Part shown: piece by piece, positions 47,143 to 61,200 of the stretch
Numbering within the stretch: the stretch's first letter is position 1
Layout: every line of letters starts with the position of its first letter
Assembly: GCF_016433145.1 (NCBI RefSeq)
Contig: NC_058131.1
Coordinates: forward strand, 711,108,069 to 711,172,068
Direction of reading: 5' to 3'
DNA: 64,000 bases
Origin: Gracilinanus agilis
Lineage: Eukaryota
Program-made: the position numbers and the translations under genes
The notes under the pieces: generated by a model
What the model was told of the DNA's origin: nothing
Database searches by the model: none
The model's input: only the letters and a program-made list of their open reading frames with translations

Positions 47143-49621
47143 CAGGAGTGATATTCTGTTAGCACCTTAAGGTCCAGAGAAGCACCCCTGGGAGGCAGCC
47201 AGCATAAAGATCAAAATAATCAGATAGGCCTTTCCTAAGCCCCCTTTTCCCCTGCTCCCACTCAATTATATTGCATATTTCAGCATCTGCTGCCAAACCC
47301 TGGCATTTCTACCTTCACATTTCTCTGCTGTGTTTCCCTCTCTCCACTTGCACAGCTACCAAAGCCCTGGTGCAGACATATCTGATGCCTGAACTATTGA
47401 AATAGTCTCACCATTGGCCTCTTTGCCTCCAATCTCTTCCCACTCCAGTCCCTCCACCACATAGCTATCAAAATGATTTTCCTAAAGCTTTACTCTGACC
47501 AGTCACTCCCCTACTCAATAAACTCCATTGGCTCCCTATTACCTCCAAGATCAAAGAAGAAGTTTTAGAAGAATGTGTGAAGTTTAGAAAGTGATTCAGC
47601 CCAGCTCATTAGTTCCTGAGGTTTGCCTAGGTCTTTCTAAATGCAAGTCCCCTGGTAGTAGAATATGGTGGCTACAATGACTAACATTTACCTAATACTT
47701 TCAGGTTTACGAATCGATTTATGCATGCATTCATAAATACATATATAATACACATATAAAATATATATGTTCATGCAGACATACCTATACATATCCATTC
47801 TGATATATAGACATAGCTACGTACATACTAGAAGTCTCATTTGCTTCTCACAACAACTGTGGGCAGTAGGTACAATAATATTGTCTCCATATTACAGATG
47901 AGGAAACTGAGGCTGAGAAAGGTGACTTCTACAGGGTCTCATGGTGAGGAATTGAATTCAGGTCTTCCTCCCTTCATCCAGGCCTACGTTCTACTCATTA
48001 TGTCTTCTACCTGACTTCAATGAAATTCTTTTGAGGTCAGGGATGGGCTCACTTTGAAATTTGTGCCCAAGACAGTGCCTGGCACATAGTAGGCACTTCA
48101 GAATTCTTGTGGATTGATTGATTTGTCAACTGGCCGAGATAAAACAGAACCCAGAGCAGCAGGGTCCAGGCACAAAGGCTGCACCGAACCACGTCCAGCC
48201 GTCCCATGTTAACTCTTTCCATTTCAGCTATCCAGCTGGAACGCGCCCATCCTTTTTGATGGTTGCCAGAAACAAACATTGCTGTTTTTATCGACCCAAT
48301 TTTTAATTCCAGCACGAAAGAAGAGCCTCTATTCTACTAACCCCTTCTGGGGCATCTGGAGGCAGCCCGGGGGCAGCGAGAAGATAAATCGAAGCTCTCA
48401 GGCAATTAGGTTTTTTAAAAAATCTATATAAATGGAGGCTGCATTTATCAACCCCTGTCAGTCCTGGAGGGAGATCCCTGAGGCAAGCCCTGCATGCGTT
48501 ATCTGCTATATCTTTATTGATATTGCAGGTTTCCATCAGTCTTCTCCCCTTCCCTTATCAGCACCCTTATAAGCCTGCAATCACAGGGAAAACCCCAATC
48601 TGATCTTTCCCATTGTTTTGCTCACTCATTTATTATCCGTTAACAGTTTCATATTCTTTGATCTGCAGAAGAACCTTTTCATCTTACCACAGACTTCTTT
48701 TTAATATCCGGAAAACAGAGTGTGAGTGGGATGGTGAGAGGCTCAGAGTTACTGTCCTTCGATGATTAGTTGAAGAAACTGAGAATATTTAGTCTAGAGG
48801 AGAAAGGACTTGGAGGGGGAGACATGATACTCTGGAGCAGCTAAGTGGTGGAGGGATAGAGTCAGGAAGATTCCTCTTCCCGAGTTCAAATCTTGCCTCG
48901 GATGCTTACTAGCTGTGTGATCCTAGGCAAGTCCTTTAACCATGTTTGCCTTAGTTTCCTCATCTGTAAAAGGAGCTGCAGAAGGGAATGTCAAAACACT
49001 CCAGTATCCTTGCCAAGAAAACTCCAAATGGGGTCCCAAAGAGACAGACGTGACTGAAACAGCCGAGCAACAACAATCATCATTACAACGTCCAATGGAT
49101 TCTTGATCAGGTTTGAGTTGAACTAAAGGATGCCAGAGGTCTCTTCTAACTAGCATTCGGTGCCTCTTCCTTTCAGAATTCACAGGCTGTACACGATTGA
49201 AAAGGAAGAAAATTCTAAACAAAAATTCAGTCTAATGAGAAGGGAGCTGTGACTAGAGCCAAGAAAAAACCCACATTATGTTGCTGGCTTGTTTGAGAAC
49301 GTTATTATCAAGTTGTTTTAAAGTCCACATTGTGCTTACATGGACGGACGCGAGAATCCCAAAGCAGAGCACGTGGCTCGACTTTGACTTTCATTTCTTT
49401 GCATTTTTCAGAATTCCAGGCAGAAGAAATGGGAAGCCTGTTTCTATAAGGGGTGCATAGTCAGTGGGAGACATAGGGAAAGCCTGAAGGTCTTGTTAGT
49501 AGAGGCCCATCCAGTTGAATACAAAAGCATTTATTAAACACCTACCACATATATGGCACCGTCCTAGTGCTGAGGATACAAAGATAAAACAAAAACCAAA
49601 AGAAAAACAGTCCCTGCCTTT

Positions 49622-50026
49622 ATTTTTTATTTAATTTTAATTTTATTTTTATTTCTTTTAAACCCTTAACTTCGGTGTATTGGCTTCTTGGTGGAAGAGT
49701 GGTAAGGGTGGGCCATGGGGGTCAAGTGACTTGCCCAGGGTCACACAGCTGGGAAGTGTCTGAGGCCAGATTTGAACATAGGACCTCCTGTCTCTAGGCC
49801 TGACTCTCAATCCACTGAGCCACCCAGCTGCCCCCTCCATAATTTTTTCAATAAACCCTTAACTTCTGTATATTGGCTCCTTGGTGGAAGAGTGGTAAGG
49901 GTGGGTAATGGGGGTCAAGTGACTTGCCCAGGGTCACACAGCTGGGAAGTGTCTGAGGCTGGATTTGAACCCAAGACCTCCTGTCTCTAGGCCTGACTTT
50001 CAACCCACTGAGCTACCCAGCTGCCC
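49622..50026 (-). mobile_element. Two head-to-tail SINE1_Mdo copies inside one TSD
   Basis: Monomers 49622-49835 and 49836-50026; TSD cagtccctgccttt at 49608-49621 and 50027-50040. Confidence 0.85.
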
Positions 50027-50465
50027 CAGTCCCTGCCTTTAAAACATTTACATTCTATAAAAGTATAAAAAAATATATTCTAGAAAATAGTGTAGTGAAT
50101 CAATACAGTATGTAACAGAGAAATATGTACGTAGTCAGCATTTGGGAAGAGAGAGATCACTAGTGACTATGGGGATGAGGCAAGGATTCTTGTGTATTGT
50201 CCAGAAGCAGAATAGGCTTCCTCAAGAGGGGGCAGGTTCCCTAACAAGCAGGGGACTGGATAATCCCTTGCCAGGTATGGAATTGTTTGGGTTCTGGAGT
50301 CCCCTGGCTTTCAAAATCCTCAGTTCCTTCTGGCTAGAGGTTAGATAAGATGACTGATAAGGCCCTTTCCAATGAATAAATTCTGTGTGTCTGTGAGTGC
50401 AGATTCTTACAAAAGAGCAAGAAGGGAGCCTGAAGGTTACTGGTGTAGAACAGTTCCTCCAAGGC

Positions 50466-50637
50466 CATGGCGGTGAATCTATGGCACACATACCAGAGTG
50501 GGCACTCAGCATGAGTTCAGCAGAGTTCATTACTAGAAAGTCACAGAGACTCTCTGGGTTGCTCCCCTTCCTCTTTCCACAGGTCCCTGAGGACATCTTT
50601 CCCATCATCCACCCCTCTAAAAGGTTCACCATGACTG
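50466..50637. mobile_element. Short hAT MITE (same family as 8811 and 44518)
   Basis: ggtgaatctatggcac...aaggttcaccatgactg termini. Confidence 0.65.
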
Positions 50638-52463
50638 CTCCAAGGAGCCAAGAAGGTGGTGTAAATGAATATGTTTCCATTTCTCAGACTACCTTAGTAT
50701 TAAGTAGAATGAATTTAGAGATCCTATTTCTTAAGTTGCTGTGCCATAGGTCCTCATCTGGGAGGTCAATCAATGCGCGTTCATCAAGCATCTACTGTGT
50801 GCAAGGCTTTGAGTGATCACATTTATATAAAAATTGCTCTTGTGCCATTCCTGCTTAGTAGATGTTAGCAGGGAAGATTCTTTGGATGTGTTTTCCCTGA
50901 GATTTATAAAACGATTGGCTACTCCCATTTTAATTATAAATTGCCCTGACAAATCCTCCTTTTGGGAACCACTTTGCTTTAAACTTCATTAAGAGCCTGT
51001 AATGGAAAATGGACCCTTTCTAAACATGGGGGAATAGGGAGCCAATATCCCTTGGGTAGTTCTTCACTTGCATCAGTATAATGGGATTTATAGAACATTC
51101 ATATATTACCAGATGCACTTCGGCTTGTAATTTTAAAGAGGGATAGCTGGGCTTGCCAACCCCATTCTCATAATTAAAATAATGTTCCAAAAGGCATCCA
51201 GGCAACTGAAAAAGTATGGCTTGTGAAAGATGACTCTCTCCTCAGTCACTGGGAAGAGTCTTCCTTTCTCCTCTGGGGATGAAGCGTTATATCACCATAT
51301 CTCAATTTAATTTCCTTTCTAACATGGTGTCAGTCTGCCACTGCTGAGCCCAGCAACTAGGTACAATGGGTCAGAAGAATCCCTCCAGGTGGCATTCCTA
51401 TAGTGCAATGAGCAAAGTGAACGATGATACAAGCAATTGACCACTGGTCACCTGAAGGGCATGTTCCATGGATGGATGGGTGTTTGAAGGACCATATTTT
51501 GGCAGGTAATATTTGAGTAAAGTAGTGCTATTTTCTTCAGCTGTTTAGTAAGTGAGTAGGGAGATTGGAGACTAGGGGTATTTGGAGAGCAGTGAGGAAA
51601 AGAAGTGGAGAAAGAGAGAAACAATTTGAAGTGGCAAAGAGAGATCTTTGAGTAGGAGAGAGGTTGTTGATGTTGAATGTGAAAGGGATGAATTGGGACA
51701 AGTATGGTATGGTGGGAAGACTACTGAACTTGGAGTCATGAGGCTTGAGTTCAAATCCCCAGTTGGCCATATACTTCCTGTGTGATCTTGGGTAAGTCAC
51801 TTTAGCTCATTGTTTCTCAGTTTCTTCATTTGCAAAAAAAAAAAAAAAAGATTAGGCTGGATGGCCTTAGAGGGCCTTTTTAGCTTCAGATCCAAGATCT
51901 TATAAATATTAGAGCTAGGAAGTATTCAGACACCTGCTCTCACCCATCACGTGCTTTTCCTTTACCCTTTGAGTCATCTGCAATTTCACTTCTGATAAGC
52001 TCGCGATATTCTATGACTCACAGCCATATAGTTTCCCTGGGAGAATATTTGTATGAAAAAGGTAGATTTTTGGGAAAGTGAGTGGCTTGGGATCCCAGAA
52101 AGTGTTAGTCTTTTCTGCCTCTTGAATAATGATGTCTAGCCCTTTGCTTCTACCTAGTTCTGAAAAAAGTTGAGTAAAGGATGACATTGAGAACACATAA
52201 GCCAGGAAGAAGTAGTCAGGCAGGGCCAGTTGGGTAGTAAGAGGGAGAGAATGGAGGGCCCAAGGGCCTCAGAACATAGCTGCATAAACTATGGGAATTG
52301 AAGTCTTAGAGAAGAACGTATGTCCTGTTGGACTTCAATTACTGTAAGTCCATTATGCAGTGATGCTTTGAAGCTCAGAAGCCTGGTTACACTGAAAAAT
52401 GAAAAGACTCACAGGAATTATATTATTAACCAGTTGAAGATAAATAAGACTTTGCTCCAAAAT

Positions 52464-52469
52464 ATGTGT

Positions 52470-52526
<57 letters not shown>

Positions 52527-52530
52527 TGAG
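52464..52530. repeat. (TG)n microsatellite
   Basis: Directly visible. Confidence 0.95.
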
Positions 52531-53309
52531 TGTATGCATGTAGGACATTGATTTTTTTTCCTTTTAAACCTTTACCTTCTTTCTTAGAATCAATACTGTG
52601 TATTGTTTCCAAGGAAGATCAATAAGGACTAGGCAATGGGGGTTGAGTGACTTGCCCAGGGTCACACAGCTATGAAGTGTTTGAGGCCAGATTTGAACCC
52701 ACGACTTCTGATCTATGAGCCTGGCTCTCAATTCACCAAATGACCTAGCTGCCCCCTGATGCTGATTCTTCGTGGAGATCACCATCCCCTCACTTTGCCT
52801 ATTGGTCCTCCACTTCCAATCTTTGTGATGCTTCTATCCTTGATATCAGCTGTTTTGGTCCCAGGTAACAATTTCTAGGTCCTGGGTAAAAAATTGTGAC
52901 CCTAAGGGGTATATTTCTGGGATGATGGGTATATTCCTTTTGGAGGATGCTTGTGACCTTGATGAGATTTATCTACCATGTTGTTTGATTAGATAGAGGC
53001 ATAAAAGTAAAACAGGGAAAGAAAACCAGTGGTAGCATCCAGATATGAGATTGTAAGAGCATGATTGATATGGTGAGTTTATTATAATTTTTAAATTGGC
53101 CACAAAGGTCTGGGCAAATTCCCTAGGATGCCCAATCCCAGGGGACAAATCAGATATGTGAACCCCAGTGTCTCATGGAGTGTGATATCCACCACAGAAC
53201 CCACGACTATGTGCCTTAGGACCCATAGCAAGGCTTCTTGTTTCAAATTTGAAGAAGCCTTCAGAAAGAAAGATGAACTTCTTGTTCAGAGACTTGGGAT
53301 CTTCTTTAA

Positions 53310-53830
53310 GACCTCACTTAAATCCCAAAGAAATCAAGGCAAGTAGAACTGGACCCATATTTACAAAATTATTTATGGTTGCTCTTTTTGTGATGGGAAA
53401 GAACTGGGAGTTTAAGGTGGTTTCCATCAATTGTGAGAATGTTTGAACAAATGGTGGTATATGAATATAATGGGATAATATGCTTTAAGAAATGAAGAGA
53501 GGGTTTCAGAGAGAATTGGGAAAGCTTGTATGACCTGACTTAGGGTGAAGTGAATGGGAACACAAAAATGTATACAGGAACAACAACTGTAAAGACAAAT
53601 ACCTCTGAAAGGCTTAAGAAGTCTAACCACCTATTATTCCAGTTGATGGATGCTATTTGTCTCCACCAAGGCAACTTCTGGCAGACTGGTAGTAAACTTC
53701 AGATGAAGGAAGACTTATTCTTTTTGGACAAGTCAATGTGGGAATGTGCATTGTTGCTTTACTCTGCATATTTTCAAAAGGATTTGTGTTCTTTTTGTTT
53801 TTCCTTGGGAGGGGTATAGAAGATGGAGAG
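53310..53830 (+). mobile_element. Old L1 fragment (ORF2 C-terminal region and 3'UTR)
   Basis: atttacaaaattatttatggttgctctttttgtgatgg...gaacaaatggtggtatatgaatataatgg are typical L1 ORF2-end remnants. Confidence 0.65.
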
Positions 53831-53932
53831 AATAGCAATGTTAGTTAAAAAATTAAAATAAAAATCTCTCTGTCTTCAATGAATGTCTACCCTGGGGGGA
53901 ACATTATTTAGGAGGTGCTGAAGTACACTGTT

Positions 53933-54209
53933 TTTTAAAAATTTGTTCAATAATTTATTTATTTGATTTAAAATTTTTGATTTTGAATATTTTCCCATAG
54001 TTACATATTCATGTTCTTTCCCTCTCCACCAAACCCCCCAGTCCCCTGTAGCTGACTCACAGTTCCACTGGGTTTTACATGTATCATTGATTAAGACCTA
54101 ATTCCAAATATTGATAGTTGGACTAGAGTTATTGTTTAGCGTCTACCTCCCCAATAATATCCCCATCAGCCCATATGTTCAAAAAGTTGTTTTTCTTCTG
54201 TGTTTCCAC
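53933..54209 (-). mobile_element. 5'-truncated marsupial L1 3'UTR insertion
   Basis: Same family as 22235; TSD tgaagtacactgtt. Confidence 0.82.
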
Positions 54210-54429
54210 TGAAGTACACTGTTAAAAGACCAATCCATGCAGTTAAACAATAATTCATTTACATTTTGTTAAATTTTGTGCTAGGTTGTCACCTAACCAA
54301 GAAAGAAAACTCAGGCTTAGGTTCTAACTTGACTCAAACAGGAATTTCCGTTAATAGAAGTTTTTGTTTTGAGAGATTTTGTGTAACACTTTTAAAGAGA
54401 ATGTGTCATAGAATCACAATATTTCAAAG

Positions 54430-54950
54430 ACGGAATTTATTAGTTGACAGGTGGGCCAAACCATACTTGAAAAAGATGTCCTACTTCAACATGTGGCTTT
54501 TGCTTGAAGATCTCCAGGAACCAGGGAGCCATAACCTTCTGAGGCATTCCATCTTATGCTGGGATATCACAAATCATAGGGAAGTGTTTCATTTTTATCA
54601 AGTCTAAATTTGCCTATTAGCAATTTCCACCTATTGTCAAAAGGCAAATTTAGACCTTCTTTCTGAAGACTTGAGATTTCCCAGAGTTCTGCTCTTTGGT
54701 TTATCCTTCTTGGGCCATGGATGTCAGATCTAAATCCTTTTCCACATGATGGTCCTTCAAATACTTCTCCAAAAAATGATCCCAGTTTCTTCAATGGTTC
54801 TTCATGTGTCATAAACTCAAGGTCTGTTCCTATGCTAATTTCTTCCTCTCTATACTCTCCAAATCTACTGCACTGAGGTAAGTATCTAGCTGACTGGGAT
54901 TCCAGGTCAAAGGCTGCAACTTTGACAGAGTATCTTGGTACCACCATAGG
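54430..54950 (-). mobile_element. Degenerate L3/CR1 fragment
   Basis: ggcaaatttagacct...ttgggccatgg...ctaaatccttttcc motifs. Confidence 0.5.
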
Positions 54951-54984
54951 AAGCTCAGGGCTCTGACCAGGCAGCTGGTGGGGA

Positions 54985-55922
54985 GGTGGCTGGCAAAAAG
55001 GAAGAGAGGAGGATGAAGGTAACTACCTTCAGCCTCCCCACCTTCACCTTTACCTTCAGCTTCTGCTGGCAGCTGGGGAAGATCTGGTCTCAGGGCTCAT
55101 TAAAACAACAGGCCAGCTCCATCAGCCTAATCCAGTTAATCAGCAGAGCAGAGAAGAAGCCCCTTCAGGACAGAATGACCAATACCCACAGATCCAGCAA
55201 ATAAACAGAGGAGCAAGAAACCAATGATGAGGGGAAAGAAGGAAAAAATATGAGTAAACAACAGAAAGAGAGAAAAGAAATTACAATCAACAGCTTCTAG
55301 CTAGATAATGAACAAAGAACAAATGGAACAGAGGAGGACCAAGGAACACCAAGAAAAAATGCAGACACTCCAGCAAATTGGGCACAGGCTTTGGAAGAAC
55401 TCAAAACACAATTAAAAAACAATTAAGAGAGGCTGAAGAAAATTGGGAAAAGAACTTAGAAAGCAAAATAGGTCATCTAGAAATAGGAACATTAACTAAA
55501 ACAAGAAAATAGTTTCTTAAAAACCAGAATTGACCAGCTTGAAAATGAGACAAAGAAGTGAAAGATGACCTATAAAGAAAAAAAGATCGAAAGGAAAAAA
55601 AGATGATAAAAAAAGCCAGGGATAAAATTCAGTCTTAAAAAATTAGAATCCAACAACTTGAAGCAAATGACTTCACAAGGCAATAAGAGTCTATGAAACA
55701 AAATCAAAAGAATGAAAAAATTTAGGAAAATATGAAATACCTCATTGATAAAACAACAGACCTAGAAGATAGATCCAGGAGAGACAATTCAAGAAGTATT
55801 GGACTACCAGAAAAACATGACAAAAGCAAAAGCCTGGACATCATTCTACAGCAAATTATCCAAGAAAACTGCCCTGATATTCTTGAACAAGAGGGAAAAG
55901 TAGAGATTGAAAGAATCTACCA
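54985..55922 (+). mobile_element. L1 5'UTR/ORF1 fragment (degenerate ORF1p)
   Basis: ATG at 55250 (MSKQQKERKEITINSF*); downstream frame KTTDLEDRSRRDN..IGLPEKHD..LDIILQQIIQENCPDILEQEGKVEIERI is typical L1 ORF1p; stops and frameshifts present. Confidence 0.88.
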
Positions 55923-57481
55923 GACCAAGGAAAAGATACTATACAGTCTCCAGACTATCAATGCCTTTACTAAACTGTTCCTGCAGAACTGAACAAACAA
56001 TCCTAGTTGTAGTTTGACCATAGTAGAGTGCATTTGGACAATGACCTCTCTTGTCCTGGATCCTATCTTAATGTAATTCAAATTTGCATTTTTTTCGGGG
56101 ATGGGGGGCTGCTGTAGGATTTCTTGGATTTCCTTAATAATTCCATATTAAATGGGAAAATTATTTACTCTTAAACTTTAATTCATTTTTGAAATTCCTT
56201 ACTGGAAGTTTCCTTAACTTGATACTTGGGATCCATGATCTCATTGGTTGTAGAAACCGTTTCCTTCACTATGATGGCTCCACTTCCAAGCTTTACTATT
56301 TGTACTTTTTTTTTCATGGATTTCCATCCATCCTAGAGCATCCACCTTAAGATGCAAGGATTTTTTTTTTGTACTTTTATTATCTGTCAGATATCAATAC
56401 AACATGGACCATTTCTCACTCTCACATACCAGAGTCCCACCTCCTTTCCTGGTTATATATATATTTTATGATTTTTTTATGTGACTTCTTGGATACAAGT
56501 CTGATGACTTATGGGCTTTAGAAGGCTTATACCCATCAGCTACCCCTTGATTGCCTTTTGAACTGCTTATAGTTCTGGATCTCAACATGTTGTCATTTTC
56601 CATGATCTCATTCCAGGGAGCAGCTTGGGGTCATTTAAGTTATTGCCCAATTTCCCAAATGTGATTCAGCTCAGTGTTCTTCTATTCAATTCTCAGCCTA
56701 GCTCACTGTCCAAAATTGGTAGATTGATTAACTCAGTGAGATACCATGTCTCCATGAAGCCAATATTTATTTTTAGTTCCTTTGGATTTTTTCATGGTGG
56801 ATTTTTCAAGGTAGTCCTTTATCTTTGGAATGACTGAATTTCATTGAGGAGATTTTGCAGTATCATGGGTCTTAATATAATTTATAAAATATCAAGAAAT
56901 AGGAACACTGGAGAACCTCTTCATTGATAGAGAATACTTCTATTTAGTTTCTGCTTAGGATATCATGGCTTATCATGTCTGGACATGACACTTTGGATAA
57001 GCATCCATCTCTCTGATTTATGCCTCACTTGAGACACATCAGGTGAGCAGATCAATGAATGGCATGACCTCCATGATCAGATCTATGGTGATGTATGAAA
57101 TTTTTACATGTGCCTGACACTGTTTCAGGAGAGGTACTAAGGGTGTAATATGTTTTAGTGAATTTATCCACCAGATATGAAATGACCTCCTTCTTCCTCT
57201 TACCACTTTCCCTGGCTTCTTTTAAGACTCAGCTCACATCCCACTTTCTTCAAACTGCCTGTTCTGGTTCTTGAGCTGTTAGTGCTTTCCCATATGAGAT
57301 TACTTTCCACTGAATCTATGTAATAACTTCTTGGGAGGTTCTGTTATCACCTCCATTTTATACATGTAGAAGCCAAGGCAAATAGAAATTAAGTGACTTA
57401 ACTAAGGTTACAAATCTAGTAATAGCTGAGACTGGATTTAAACACAGAGCTTCCAGGTTCCAGATCTTCCTGACTTTCTTT

Positions 57482-57610
57482 CTTTCTTTCTTTCTTTCTT
57501 TTTTTTTTTTTAATTTTAAACCCTTAACTTCTGTGTATTGACTTATAGGTGGAAGAGTGGTAAGGGTAGGCAATGGGGGTCAAGTGACTTGCCCAGGGTC
57601 ACACAGCTGG
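57482..57610 (-). mobile_element. 5'-truncated SINE1_Mdo-type SINE
   Basis: 3' half only; TSD tgactttcttt. Confidence 0.75.
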
Positions 57611-57636
57611 TTGACTTTCTTTATCTACCATGCCAC

Positions 57637-58258
57637 TGTAAGATTTAGAACTGATTTGACTAAATATATGAATTAAAATAATTGAATCGTGGTAACCGTT
57701 TATAAAAATAATTAACTTCTACAGTCAAAATGACTGTAAGCAGCTTTTATCTACAACTGGGTAGAGTATTGAAATATAGGAAAGAGATAGGAAAAAAAAT
57801 TGCCTAGCTACAAATACCCTAAATCCTAGACCACAATGCAGATCTGAAAGTGAGTCTCACCAGAATCCAAAGTCCCAGTTGGGAAGCTGAAATCTGAAGA
57901 GCTAGGAGATACTGAAAAGTCCACTGAGAGTCTTCAGTACACAAGAGGCTAAGACTGCTAAAGAATCTCACCAGAGCTCATGCTGAAGAGAATATTCCAC
58001 CGAAGCACCAACTGAGAGAGATCTCACCGAAGAGCCAAGGAAAGAAGAAATGAATGCCCTCAATCTTCTTGGTCTTGCCTTTTATAGTCCTTTTTCCATG
58101 TTACTTCTTGTGTCTCTCCAACTTCACAGGAACCAATCACAGCCTCCCAATTTGCCTAGCATTGCCCAAGGTGGGGCAGTGCTTGTGGCTTTGTAGTAAG
58201 TGACTTGTGAACTCTCTTACTTAGTGACCTATTATGTGCTATGTAGGGGCACTTCACA
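57637..58258 (-). mobile_element. Solo ERV LTR (~620 bp)
   Basis: tgtaag start, reversed TATA (cttttatag) and ccaatca, organisation similar to 5780-6399; right end approximate. Confidence 0.55.
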
Positions 58259-61200
58259 TTCTTGATGGATTAAATTAAAGGTTGCTGATTGATTACATTA
58301 AAAATAAACAAAGTTCAATTCTCTCTTCCCACTACCTTGATGCCTGTTTTCTATACATGTTATTTTAAGCTATCTTTCCCCGTTAAAATGTAAGCTACTT
58401 GAGGAAAGGGGCTGGCTTCATTTTTCTTTGTAAGTGCTTAACCAGGCCCTGGCACATCGTAAGGGATTAATAATGCTTATCATTTGGTTGACTGCCATTG
58501 TCTATTGGAATCAATAAACAGTAAATAGAGAAGAAATGGATATTACCCATGCTTTTAGTTATTTGTATGACAGTGAGTATGTGGTCTGTTGTAGGAAGTC
58601 TTCTGAGAAAATGTCTCATAGTTCCATGTTTTCATTAAAGACACCCTTAATGTCTATATACGACAATTTTTGTAAGGATTTTTTTGGAAATTAAATTTGC
58701 TATTTTTAATCAACATTTATTTCTCAAAATATTCTTTAGAGATGAGAAATTGGGGCTGTGGATTAGGAGTTACTGAACTTTTTTATTTTTAATTTTTTTG
58801 CCTTCATAAAGTTACTAAATGTGATCATTCCATTCTTCTGGAGCATTCCTTTTCTTGAGATATCATCAAAACTGATTGCTGGGTAAGTTTAAATTCCTGT
58901 AGTTTCTAGTAGAGATATCTTCCTTATGTATTTGATTGAGTCTGTCCAGGGAACCTAAGTTCATCTCTGACAGCTATTGCTACTTTCTTAGAATCTAAGA
59001 TATGGTAGAGTCTCTCATGAGGCTGACAACTCTAGATCACTACAGCAAAGCTACCAGATCTGTTTCGTTCCATGTTCCTTTGTCCGAACTCTTCTTTTTG
59101 GTGACAATTACACTTGGGATGTTACCTTATCTGGGTCTTAGGAAAAAACTCTGGTAGGCCGTCTCTTCCTTCAATTGCTTTTTAGCTCTTTTGTGAAGCA
59201 ATATAACTTACAATCCCCATCCTTTTCCTGCATGATGCTTTGTGAATGAGCCAGTCTGGTAAAGTAGCATTACTCTTGGTTGCTATATCTCTTTGCCTGG
59301 CAAGGAGATTAAATTGTGATATAATGCAAAGATTCCTGGATTTAAAATATGACTTCAAATTCTGGCTCTGCCATTTGTTCTCTGTGTAGGTTGGAGCATC
59401 CCGGGCCACCACCAGTCACTCCGACTTTCTTGCCACTGGACTTTGATGATTCTGGAAGAGAAAATGAGGCTGATGACTTTGAGCATCTCTGTCTCACCTA
59501 AATCCAATTTACCTGCAAGTCAGGACATCACCTCATGATGTCACTGGTCCTCTTCAAAATGAAAGACAGACAATAATAAGTTGGGCCAAATCTCTGACCG
59601 AGCCTCAGTTTCTTCATACATAAAGTGAGATGGAAATAACTTCCTTTTCTGCTTGAAATTTTATGATTTTAAGTGCTTTCCTAGTTGAAGTAATTTCAGT
59701 GTTCTTTTGACCTCCTAAGGTGGCATTTGTTTTTACATCCGTTATGGTTTGAAGAATTGGTGGTAGAGTCAGTGTCTTCACTTTTAATTTATTCCCACCC
59801 CCACCCCTGACCCTTTTGTTCTTGGAGTTGACAGCTTTTGAAACTAGGTCTGGCCACAGTTTCTGTAATTATAAGAGTTTCTGTAATTACCCGGAAGACC
59901 TTCTTTTCATCTTCATCCTTCTAATTCGATGTGGATTTTGACCTTTGCTCTCACTAGTCAATCTGATTGCACACATACACAGAACCCTCCTGACATGATG
60001 TTTATCTCAGTAACGAGTTATTTCTTTTCCATTAAATTTTATCTACTTTGATCTTTTTTTTGGGGGGTCATGTTTGGGCCTCACTATAGTCAGCATCTTC
60101 CAACTTTGGGAGGAAATAATGAAATTTTGAAGATGTGCATCATGGGACTTTTGAATCCTCTGAACTTGAGATCATAGGATCAAAGACTTAGAGCTGGAAG
60201 ATGCTTCAGAGGCCATCTAGTCTAAGCCCTTTGCTCATCAGATGAGATCTCTGAGGTTCAAATTTGACCAGGGTAGTCATAATGAGTTGGGATTTGGGCA
60301 GAGCTGAGGTTTGAACTTTTGACTCAGATGCATAGATTTCTTCTTTTTTATTCTTTGAAATGGATGTTGGTGCAGAAACCAGAATTATTTTCTGTTTACA
60401 TGTGTTCATTACAAATACTGCAAGACGAGATGGATAAATATCCCCCCAAAGGCTTTTTGTTTCTTAATGTTTTTGTGGACATAATGAAAAACTTCTCTAG
60501 TACCTTTTTCTTGTCTCCAAGGAAACCTGTGGTTCATCTTCTTTAATTGCAATGTTCTTATATCTTCTGGTTTCTTTTAGTGGGAGAATATCAGTATGAA
60601 TGGAGTTCAGTTCTTTTGGGACTATGTTGGTTTATTGTTTGCTGGCCAAAGATATTGCCATACGAGTACCAATAGTTAAATTGGACCACAAGATCATAGA
60701 TTTCAAGTTGGAGGAGACTTCAGGAACCATCTTGTCCAACCTTCTCATTCCCCATGGAGGTAAAATATCTTGCCCAGGGTCATACAAATAGTAAACATCA
60801 GAAGTGGGATTAGAACCTAGTTCTTCTGACCACAGAAGCCTTGTCCTTTCCATTGCACGCCTCCCACATACTTATGGATCTTTTTTATGTAGAAAATACT
60901 TTGTAAGCTTTAAAGGACTTTAGAAAAAGGATTCAATCAATAATCAATCAATCAACAAACATTTACTAAGCATCTCTTGTGAGCCAGGCATTGTGCTGAG
61001 CTCTAGGCTTCTTTTTAAGTGCTCAGAACTTAAAATTGATTAAGCAAAGGTTACAAGACTTCTTGAGTTTGTTGTAGAAGATTTGTTTTTTTTTTTTTTT
61101 GAGTGGGTGGGACTAGATGTCCTTAGGGATCCCTTCCCACACTCTCTATCTCCTATAATCTCCTTGAGAACAGGGACTGTCTTTTACCTTTCTTAGCACA

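Noticed and set aside
9001-50000. Recurring short ORFs such as LTSVYWLLGGRVVRVGNGGQVTCPGSHSWEVSE
   Set aside because: Translations of SINE1 copies, not genes.
55732-55992. 86-aa ORF as a host gene
   Set aside because: Fragment of degenerate L1 ORF1p.
55990-57200. Possible ancient RTE-like LINE remnant
   Set aside because: Too degenerate to assign by eye; would need a RepeatMasker or nhmmer search.
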